This document shows, one piece after another, positions 1-10,051 of a DNA stretch of 21,846 bases; within the stretch, counting starts at the first letter, position 1, and every line of letters starts with the position of its first letter. This DNA comes from an uncultured Acidobacteriota bacterium (GTDB lineage: Bacteria > Acidobacteriota > Vicinamibacteria > Vicinamibacterales > UBA8438). The notes under the pieces were generated by a model, which did not search any database, was not told the origin of the DNA, and was given only the letters and a program-made list of their open reading frames with translations. Location of the stretch: the NCBI GenBank assembly GCA_913043225.1, contig CAJWLU010000038.1, positions 1-21,846 on the forward strand, in the 5' to 3' direction. The position numbers and the translations under genes were made by a program.

Positions 1-55
1 GAACCCGCGACTTCGACCTTGGCAAGGTCGCACTCTACCACTGAGTTATTCCCGC
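1..55 (-). tRNA. tRNA-Gly (anticodon GCC), 3' end cut by the window edge
   Basis: The reverse complement reads GCGGGAATAACTCAGTGGTAGAGTGCGACCTTGCCAAGGTCGAAGTCGCGGGTTC: acceptor 5' strand GCGGGAA, D-arm CTCAGTGGTAGAG, anticodon stem CGACC/GGTCG with loop TT-GCC-AA, and the start of the T-arm GGTTC. Confidence 0.96.
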
Positions 56-93
56 CCTCGAGCGTGCGCGATCACGAAGTGATCACACGCAAA

Positions 94-324
94 CTACCGT
101 AGCACAGCGGGTTGGGCGGCATCAAGACACAGCCAACCCGCGTGGAAGGCACTAGCGACTACCTCGACCTCAGCAGACTCCTCCGACGCCAGGGTTGCTC
201 CCACCACGTCGAACCGGGCCGGCGGCGCGCCCAGGAGATAGCTCCGCACTATGTTGACCACTCGGCGCTGCTTGCGCCAACCGTTCGCCGACGGTCTGCC
301 TTGCACGAGTCTCCGGCCCTGCAC
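94..324 (-). pseudogene. yraN: C-terminal remnant of a YraN/UPF0102-family nuclease-like gene
   Basis: The translation GRPSANGWRKQRRVVNIVRSYLLGAPPARFDVVGATL...EVEVVASAF matches the YraN C-terminal pattern (G-P-EAV-xRKQxR...YL...RFDVV...AF). The N-terminal half with the GE, EID and EVK motifs is absent, and only 27 bp separate it from the cysS stop. Confidence 0.65.
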
Positions 325-351
325 GGCAGGAGACAGAAACAGGATCAGCGG

Positions 352-1767
352 CTACTTCCGCTTCCATGTGGTGCCCGCAGGTGTGTCTTCGAGGGCGACA
401 CCGCGGGCATCGAGGTCGTCGCGGATGGCGTCGGCAGCGGCAAAGTCGCGACGGGCGCGCGCCGCCTTGCGGTCGGCGATCAACTGCTCGATCTCGTCCA
501 CCGGCACGCCGGGCTGCGCCTCTTCGGCGCGGCGGAGCGAGATAACGCCCAGCACCTTGTCAAACTCGTCGAACGCAGCCAGCACCTCAGCCGCATCCCC
601 CTGCCCCAGTTCGTCGTTATCAATCGAGGTATTGACAAACCGAATCAGCTCAAACACAACGCCCAAGGCGCCCGGCACGTTGAGGTCCTGCCGCAGCTTC
701 GCGGCAAAGTCGGCGCGAGCCGCCTCGACTCGCTCGGCCACCTCGTCATGCGTCTCGCCGCCGGTCAGTTCCTCCAGCCTGGCCAGACAGCCGAAAAGAC
801 GCTTCAACGCCTCCTCCGCCTGGTCGAGGCTACCCCAGTTGAACCTGAGCTGCTTGCGGTAGTGCACCGACAGGAGGACGTAGCGCAGCGCCGAGGCGCG
901 ATAGCCCTTGTCGAGGACGTCCTGCACCGTGAAGACGTTGCCCAACGACTTGGACATCTTCACACCCTCGTCCATGAGCAGGTGCTCGACGTGCACCCAG
1001 AACCGCGAGAACGTCTCCTTGGTGGCGCCTTCTGCCTGCGCGATCTCGTTCTCGTGGTGCGGGAACACCAGATCGACCCCACCGGCGTGGATATCGATCG
1101 GCGCGCCGTCGAGCAGGCGGAGCGCCATGGCTGAGCACTCAATGTGCCAGCCCGGCCGGCCCGGCCCGCACCCAAAATCCCAAGTGGGCTCGTCGGGGCT
1201 GGTCGCCTTCCACAACACGAAGTCGCGGGCGTCGTCCTTCTCGTAGCGATCCGAGTCGATCCGAGCGCCGGGCTGGATCCCTTCGTGGTCGAGGTGCGCC
1301 AGCTTCCCGTAATCGGACAAGCTGGAGATCTTGAAATAGACCGAGCCGTCACTTTCGTATGTGTGACCGTTGGCCGTGAGCGACTGGATCATCTCCACCA
1401 TCGAGCGAAGGTTGTCTTCGTCGGTGGCGCGAGGATTCTCCTCGACCGCCTCGAGACCGAGCGCCTCGGCGTCCTCACGGAAGGCAGCGACGTAGCGATC
1501 GGTGTACTCGCGCAGCGAGACGCCAGCCTTATTCGATTCGAGAATGGTACGGTCATCTACGTCGGTGAAGTTCATCACCTGACGCACCATATAGCCAGCC
1601 ACCTCGCGCAGGGTGCGCCGCAGCAGGTCCAGCGCGACGAAGGTGCGAAAGTTGCCGATATGCCCGCGCGCATACACGGTCAGCCCGCAGGTATACATCC
1701 GCACCGTGTCGTCGCGGAGTGGCGCAAACTCCTCTTCCTGTCGTGTGAGTGTGTTGTAGAGACGCAT
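352..1767 (-). CDS. cysS: Cysteine--tRNA ligase
   Basis: Starts MRLYNTLTR. Contains YTCGLTVY, HIGN (HIGH motif), NFTDVDD, DFVLWK, GRPGWHIECSAM, DIHAGGVDLVFPHHENE, KMSKSLGN and the C-terminal anticodon-binding RDFAAADAIRDDL. Confidence 0.98.
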   Translation of the reverse strand: MRLYNTLTRQEEEFAPLRDDTVRMYTCGLTVYARGHIGNFRTFVALDLLRRTLREVAGYMVRQVMNFTDVDDRTILESNKAGVSLREYTDRYVAAFREDAEALGLEAVEENPRATDEDNLRSMVEMIQSLTANGHTYESDGSVYFKISSLSDYGKLAHLDHEGIQPGARIDSDRYEKDDARDFVLWKATSPDEPTWDFGCGPGRPGWHIECSAMALRLLDGAPIDIHAGGVDLVFPHHENEIAQAEGATKETFSRFWVHVEHLLMDEGVKMSKSLGNVFTVQDVLDKGYRASALRYVLLSVHYRKQLRFNWGSLDQAEEALKRLFGCLARLEELTGGETHDEVAERVEAARADFAAKLRQDLNVPGALGVVFELIRFVNTSIDNDELGQGDAAEVLAAFDEFDKVLGVISLRRAEEAQPGVPVDEIEQLIADRKAARARRDFAAADAIRDDLDARGVALEDTPAGTTWKRK

Positions 1768-1811
1768 GAGCTAGCTGGAGCCGCCGGCAGGCGGCAGACC
1801 GGGAACGCGCG

Positions 1812-2237
1812 TCACGGCAGCGGCTGGGTCAACTCGCAGAACTCGGCCACGCCGTGCGTATCCTCACGGCCTAGGGCAACGGCGACAGCGCCGGACCGCA
1901 ACTGTTCGAGCGGGGACACCCCACTGACGGCCTGCGAGAGGAGAGACTCGAGGGCGCCGTCGCCGCCGGGCCCACCCAGGTACCTGACCCGGAGCCGCAG
2001 ATCGCCCCTTGCGGTGGTCATCAAAATGCCGACGCTGGCATAGTCGGAGCCTGGCGCACCAGCCATGGCGCAGTCGATCGCCTGAGTCAGCGACGCCCGC
2101 ACGTCCTCAGAAAACGCGAAGTAGTCGACCGCGCGCACGGCCAGTTGCTGGAGCATGGGGAGGTACCGCTCGTCGCACGGCACCATCACGTCCAAACTGA
2201 GCGCCGTCATCGGCGGCTGGCTCTCGCCCTCACTCAT
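1812..2237 (-). CDS. Hypothetical protein (141 aa), weakly resembling an RsbW/HATPase_c anti-sigma-factor fold without ATP-binding motifs
   Basis: Fills the ribF-cysS gap on the same strand. ATG at 2237 lies 13 bp past the ribF stop, whereas the track start at 2447 overlaps ribF. The N-terminus LSLDVMVPCDERYLPMLQQLAVRAVDYFAFSEDVRASLTQAIDCAM resembles RsbW N-termini. Confidence 0.6.
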   Translation of the reverse strand: MSEGESQPPMTALSLDVMVPCDERYLPMLQQLAVRAVDYFAFSEDVRASLTQAIDCAMAGAPGSDYASVGILMTTARGDLRLRVRYLGGPGGDGALESLLSQAVSGVSPLEQLRSGAVAVALGREDTHGVAEFCELTQPLP

Positions 2238-2250
2238 GTTCGCTCGAATT

Positions 2251-3219
2251 CTACAGTGAAATACGGCGAAACAGGCCGCGCGCCTCCTCGCAGTCGCGCC
2301 CAATCTGGGCCCGTAGCGCGGTACTGTCGGCAAACTCCACTTCGTCCCGCAGTCGCCGAATGAACGCCACCGAGATCTTGGCGTCGTACAGGTCGCGCGA
2401 CGTGTCCAGCAGATGCGACTCGACCACTGGGGTGGACGTGCCGCCAAAGGTCGGGCGCACCCCTACATTCGACACCGCAGCGTGAATCTCGCCATCCACG
2501 AGCACCGCGGTCGCATAGACGCCGTTGGGCGGGAAGAGTTCGTTCTCGGTCTCGAGATTCGCGGTGGGGAAACCGATTTGATGGCCCCGCCCGTCACCGC
2601 GCACCACCTTGCCAGCCAGCACGTAATGGTGCCCGAGTAAGGCGCCCGCCTCGTCAACCCGTCCCTCAGTAACCAACCGGCGGACCCGCGTGCTGCTCAC
2701 GACGAAATCGCGATAGCGCACCGGGTCGATCTTCTCGGCCCGGAACCCGTAGCGCGCCCCCAGCGACCGCAGCAGCGAAAAGTTCCCGGTCCGGTCGTGG
2801 CCGAACAGGAAGTTGGCTCCCACCCAGACTTCGACCACCTTCAACCACTCGACCAGGACCGTCCGCACGAAGGCGTCCGGCTCCCACGCTGCAAACATCT
2901 CGGTGAACCGCACCACGGCCACGCCCTCCATGCCCGCCTCCTTCAAAGCCGAGAGTTTCTGCTCGGTGGTCATCAGCAGCGGCGGGGCCTTGTCTGGGCG
3001 CACCACACGCGAGGGGTGCGGATCGAAAGTCAGCGCCGCGGCGGTCGCCCCCCGCTCGTCGGCGCGACGGCCCACCTGCTCAAGGATCTTGGCGTGCCCA
3101 CGATGGACACCATCGAAATTGCCGAGCGCCAGCACCGGCTGGTGCCAGCCGGAGGGCGACGAATCGTCGGGATAGTGGATGACGTCGATCCGGTCAGGAT
3201 CGAACAGTGCGTGAGACAT
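2251..3219 (-). CDS. ribF: Bifunctional riboflavin kinase / FAD synthetase
   Basis: Contains LALGNFDGVHRGH, TFDPHP, VGANFLFG, VSSTRVR, GDGRGHQIGFPTAN, GVYA, NVGVRPTF, ESHLLD and LRDEVEF. Confidence 0.97.
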   Translation of the reverse strand: MSHALFDPDRIDVIHYPDDSSPSGWHQPVLALGNFDGVHRGHAKILEQVGRRADERGATAAALTFDPHPSRVVRPDKAPPLLMTTEQKLSALKEAGMEGVAVVRFTEMFAAWEPDAFVRTVLVEWLKVVEVWVGANFLFGHDRTGNFSLLRSLGARYGFRAEKIDPVRYRDFVVSSTRVRRLVTEGRVDEAGALLGHHYVLAGKVVRGDGRGHQIGFPTANLETENELFPPNGVYATAVLVDGEIHAAVSNVGVRPTFGGTSTPVVESHLLDTSRDLYDAKISVAFIRRLRDEVEFADSTALRAQIGRDCEEARGLFRRISL

Positions 3220-3263
3220 CGACCAGCCGCTGATTCTACGTCAGATACACGCTTTGGGCGCCG

Positions 3264-4046
3264 TCACAGCTCGACGACGAGTCCGTCATGGGCCAAGGTC
3301 ATCCGCTCGGGAAGACCGGCGCAGGTCTCCTCATGCGGCAGGTCGTGGCACATGTGGGTGAAATAGGTCTGGCCGGCATCGACGCGCTCCGCCGTCTCGA
3401 CTGCCTCGGCCAAAGTGAAATGGGTCGAATGCGGTCGGTGCCGCAGCGCGTCGAGCACCAGCACGTCGAGCCCTTCGAGAAGCGGCCAAGACAGATCTGG
3501 AATCTCGCTGCAATCGGTGAGATAGGCAAAGGCGCCCAGACGAAAACCGAGGATCGGATGCGTACCGTGCAACAACGGGACCGGCTGCACCTCTACCCTG
3601 CCGACGGAGAACGGTCCTCTGATCTCAAACAACCGCAGCCGTGGAAGGCCGCCGCCCTGCGGCACAGATGGATCCCAGGCATACGAGTACACGCGCCGCA
3701 GCGCCGCCAAGGTGGACGCATCCCCCAAACAGGGGATCACGGCCTTCTGCCGGAAATTGAAGGGGCGCACGTCGTCCAGCCCCATGATGTGGTCAGCGTG
3801 GTAATGCGTGAAAAGAATCAGGTCCACGCCGCCAATCTTGTTGGCGAGAGCCTGCGTCCGAAAGTCGGGCGTGGTGTCGACCAGCACCCGCGTCCCATCT
3901 TCTAGTTCGAGGAAGACCGACGGCCGAAGTCGTTTATCGCGGGGATCCTGCGACCGGCAGATCTCGCACTCGCAGCCAACCACGGGGATGCCCGCAGAGG
4001 TACCGGTGCCGAGGAACGTGACCCGCAGACGCGGCGCCGAATTCAC
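3264..4046 (-). CDS. MBL-fold metallo-hydrolase, PhnP-like phosphodiesterase
   Basis: Contains FLGTGTSAGIPVVGCECEIC (structural Zn cysteines), DTTPDFR, THYHADHIMGLDD (HxHxDH), AYLTD, HSTHF and FTHMCH. The GTG start overlaps the upstream stop (GTGA). Confidence 0.92.
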   Translation of the reverse strand: MNSAPRLRVTFLGTGTSAGIPVVGCECEICRSQDPRDKRLRPSVFLELEDGTRVLVDTTPDFRTQALANKIGGVDLILFTHYHADHIMGLDDVRPFNFRQKAVIPCLGDASTLAALRRVYSYAWDPSVPQGGGLPRLRLFEIRGPFSVGRVEVQPVPLLHGTHPILGFRLGAFAYLTDCSEIPDLSWPLLEGLDVLVLDALRHRPHSTHFTLAEAVETAERVDAGQTYFTHMCHDLPHEETCAGLPERMTLAHDGLVVEL

Positions 4047-4309
4047 TCGGCCCTCTTCGCCTCTAGGTAGCGCTGACGAAGCTCGGAAAGGACGCGGGTC
4101 AGAAACTGCTCTTCCATCGGCTCGAGATTGCCCTTGGTCTTCTCAGACAGCAACACCAGTAAATCGAGCATGTGACCCGCAGCATCGAGGTTCGGTGGCT
4201 GTTTCTGTCCGGTGCCGGGGTCGGCCGCATCGCCGAGATGGACAGCAGCCGAGGTGGCGAGCGTCACCACCAACGAGTTGAACGAGATATCGGTCGAATC
4301 AGCGGCCAT
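4043..4309 (-). CDS. DUF1844 family protein
   Basis: ISFNSLVVTLATSAAVHLGD..DP.TGQ..PPNLDAAGHMLDLLVLLSEKTKGNL...EEQFL...L.ELRQRY is the DUF1844 pattern. I prefer ATG 4309 as start; the alternative is GTG 4336. Confidence 0.88.
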   Translation of the reverse strand: MAADSTDISFNSLVVTLATSAAVHLGDAADPGTGQKQPPNLDAAGHMLDLLVLLSEKTKGNLEPMEEQFLTRVLSELRQRYLEAKRAE

Positions 4310-4345
4310 GGGGCAAACGGGCGTCCTGTAGGACACTAGTATCCC

Positions 4346-5188
4346 ATGACCCTACCAACGGCGCCGTTCCTACCCACAGCCGACGACACGCCGGGGGCGC
4401 GCTTCCAGAAGCTCGTCGAGATCATGCGCACCCTGCGCTCACCCAAAGGCTGCGCGTGGGACCGCAAGCAGACCCTGCATACGCTCCGGCCCTACATCCT
4501 AGAAGAAGCTTACGAGGTCGTGGCCGCCATCGACGACGGCGACCCGTCCGCGGTCTGCGACGAGCTCGGCGATCTGCTGCTCGAGGTGGTCTTCGTCGCC
4601 CAGGTCGCGTCTGACGAGGGCGACTTCAGCGTGTCCGACGTGACCGACGCCATCATCGCGAAGCTGGTCCGACGGCATCCGCACGTCTTCACCCACAAGG
4701 GACAGGATGGCTCCGAACCGGAGCTAACGCCGGAGGAGGTATCGGCCCAGTGGGATCGGATCAAGGCGGCGGAGCGAGGCGGCACTCCGGCGCCTGAGTC
4801 GTTCCTCGACGGCATCCCGGCCGTGCAACCGGCCCTGATGCGGGCGTCCCGTATCGGCGGACGCACCACGAAGGTCGGCTTCGACTGGGACGATGCCTAC
4901 GGCGTCTTGAAGAAGACCGACGAGGAACTGGCCGAGCTCCGTGACGCGGTGGAGAGTGCCAACCAGGCGCACATCGAAGAAGAGCTTGGCGATCTGCTGT
5001 TCACGGTGGCCAACCTGGCACGGAAGCTAGACGTTGATCCGGAGCTCGCGTTGCGAGCCGCCAACGACAAGTTCGAACGCCGCTTCCGGACGATGGAACA
5101 GCGCCTGGCCGAACGTGGCAGTTCGGTACAGGACACCTCCAGCGGGGACCTCGAGCGGGAGTGGCAAGCGGTTAAACGATTGACTTAG
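4346..5188 (+). CDS. mazG: Nucleoside triphosphate pyrophosphohydrolase MazG (tandem two-domain)
   Basis: Contains LRSPKGCAWDRKQT, EEAYEVV, DELGDLLL, KLVRRHPHVF, GFDW, EELAEL, EEELGDLLF and ANDKFERRF. Confidence 0.96.
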   Translation: MTLPTAPFLPTADDTPGARFQKLVEIMRTLRSPKGCAWDRKQTLHTLRPYILEEAYEVVAAIDDGDPSAVCDELGDLLLEVVFVAQVASDEGDFSVSDVTDAIIAKLVRRHPHVFTHKGQDGSEPELTPEEVSAQWDRIKAAERGGTPAPESFLDGIPAVQPALMRASRIGGRTTKVGFDWDDAYGVLKKTDEELAELRDAVESANQAHIEEELGDLLFTVANLARKLDVDPELALRAANDKFERRFRTMEQRLAERGSSVQDTSSGDLEREWQAVKRLT

Positions 5189-5194
5189 CGCCGT

Positions 5195-5545
5195 CTAGCG
5201 CGCACGGTCTGCCGTTACGCGCCTCCTGCCCTGACACACGGTCACGGCCCGTCCATCGGTTTCCAACACGATGCCTCCCCGTCGTCCGGTATTGACCACT
5301 TGCGCCCATAGGGCATGGTAGCGGGGGAAATATCAGTCCGAGCGGGTTCTACCGACCGGCACTGACCACGGCGAGGCAGGGTGCCGAGGACTGCACCAAC
5401 GACTCGCTACTCGAAGCGGCGCTGCCGTGGTGGGGCAGCTTGACCGCTCGCCAGCGTGCCGCACCGAGCACAACCGGAACCAAGACAAACCTCAGGCCAC
5501 TCCGACCATAAGTGGCAAGAGTGCAAGTAACACCAGCGCACGCAC
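5195..5545 (-). pseudogene. comEC: Decayed remnant of comEC/rec2 (DNA uptake channel, C-terminal MBL domain)
   Basis: VKLPHHGSAASSSESLVQSSAPCLAVVSAGR*NPLG has an in-frame TAG at 5349-5351. After a frameshift it continues RYHALWAQVVNTGRRGGIVLETDGRAVTV (from 5323; stop 5195-5197). Together these match the ComEC C-terminal consensus KVPHHGS.SS..F...P..AV.S.G..N.FGHP...RY..G....T...G.I...TDG. Confidence 0.85.
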
Positions 5546-5573
5546 GCCGACGTCGATGCACGGTTCGTGTCAG

Positions 5574-5612
5574 AAGGAAATAAAGGAGAATAGCCGTCCC
5601 AGCTCGGACGGC
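5574..5612 (-). terminator. Probable intrinsic terminator of the carAB operon
   Basis: About 23 bp after the carB stop, the minus strand has a 7-bp stem GCCGTCC-GAGCTG-GGACGGC (5593-5612) followed by the pyrimidine/U-rich TATTCTCCTTTATTTCCTT. Confidence 0.6.
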
Positions 5613-5635
5613 AGCAGAATCTGTGATCTTGCGAC

Positions 5636-8872
<3,237 letters not shown>

Positions 8873-8911
8873 GGGCGCGATGACCCGGAAGCGCTCGTCC
8901 CCAACCGGCGG

Positions 8912-10051
8912 TCAGCCGGCGCGGCGCTCCATCTCCTCGAGAAAACGGGAAAACAAATAGTCGGCGTCGTGGGGGCCCGGCGACGCCTCGGGATGATACT
9001 GCACGCAGAAGGCCGGATGCCGCCTGTGACGCAGGCCCTCAACCGTACCGTCGTAGAGGTTGAGGTGGGTAACGTCGACGTCGTCGGGCAGCGACTCAAG
9101 CTCTACCGCGAAGCCATGGTTCTGACTGGTAATCTCTACCTGGCCCGTTGATAACTGCTTCACCGGGTGGTTGCCACCCCGGTGTCCGAACTTTAGCTTG
9201 TAGGTCGTTCCGCCCATGGCTAGCGCCAGAATCTGGTGACCGAGACAGATACCGAACACCGGCACGTCGGCATCGAGCACCGTGCGGGCATTATCCACCG
9301 CGTAGCCGAGCGGCGCGGGATCGCCTGGACCGTTGCTAAGAAAGACACCATCCGGCGACATAGCCAGTAGCTCCGACGCCGGGGTCGAGGCGGGAAACAC
9401 CCGCACCTCGCACCCGTGCGCGGCAAGCCGACGCAGGATGTTCCGTTTCAGGCCGAAGTCGTAGGCCGCGATCGACAGTGGCCGACCCGAGCTCCGAATC
9501 GGCGGTAGCCGAAAGTCCTCCGGCTCGAGACCATCAGCCGCCCGGCCTGGCCAGTCGAACGGTTTCTCGCAACTGACCATCTTGACCAGGTCGGCACCCT
9601 CCATCGGCGTCACCTTCTGGGCTTCGGCCACCAGCGCCTCGGGGTCGACCGACCCGGTGCCGATAACGCCGCGCATCACGCCAGCCGTGCGCAGAGTGCG
9701 CGTCAGCGACCGGGTGTCGATCCCAGTGATAGCCACCACGCCGTGGTCTGCCAGGTAGTCCTTCAGGGTACCGCTAGCCCTCCAGTTGCTGGCCACTGGC
9801 GACGCCTCGCGCATCACGAAGCCGGCCACCTGCGGCCCCCGTGACTCGACGTCTTCGATCGCCACGCCGTAGTTGCCGATCTGTGGACAGGTCATGGTGA
9901 CGATCTGCCCGGCATACGACGGGTCGGTGAGCACTTCCTGATAGCCGGTCATGCTCGTGTTGAACACGACTTCTCCGCGGGTGGCGCCGGTGGCGCCGGC
10001 TGCGGTCCCGCGGAACCAGGTGCCGTTTTCTAGAGCGAGAACTGCGTTCAT
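8912..10051 (-). CDS. carA: Carbamoyl-phosphate synthase small (glutaminase) subunit
   Basis: Contains [36 protein letters not shown] (catalytic Cys), TSQNHGFAV and [12 protein letters not shown]. Confidence 0.99.
   Translation of the reverse strand: MNAVLALENGTWFRGTAAGATGATRGEVVFNTSMTGYQEVLTDPSYAGQIVTMTCPQIGNYGVAIEDVESRGPQVAGFVMREASPVASNWRASGTLKDYLADHGVVAITGIDTRSLTRTLRTAGVMRGVIGTGSVDPEALVAEAQKVTPMEGADLVKMVSCEKPFDWPGRAADGLEPEDFRLPPIRSSGRPLSIAAYDFGLKRNILRRLAAHGCEVRVFPASTPASELLAMSPDGVFLSNGPGDPAPLGYAVDNARTVLDADVPVFGICLGHQILALAMGGTTYKLKFGHRGGNHPVKQLSTGQVEITSQNHGFAVELESLPDDVDVTHLNLYDGTVEGLRHRRHPAFCVQYHPEASPGPHDADYLFSRFLEEMERRAG

Noticed and set aside
1..55. tRNA-Gly as an island integration site
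   Set aside because: Integration typically occurs at the tRNA 3' end, which is outside the window; no integrase or duplicated tRNA fragment is seen within it.
112..2043. Long plus-strand ORFs (340 aa and 299 aa) opposite cysS
   Set aside because: Antisense shadows typical of high-GC coding DNA, with no recognisable motifs; cysS explains the region.
4346..5188. mazG as part of a toxin-antitoxin or anti-phage system
   Set aside because: It is the ordinary two-domain housekeeping MazG, with no mazEF or defence genes adjacent.
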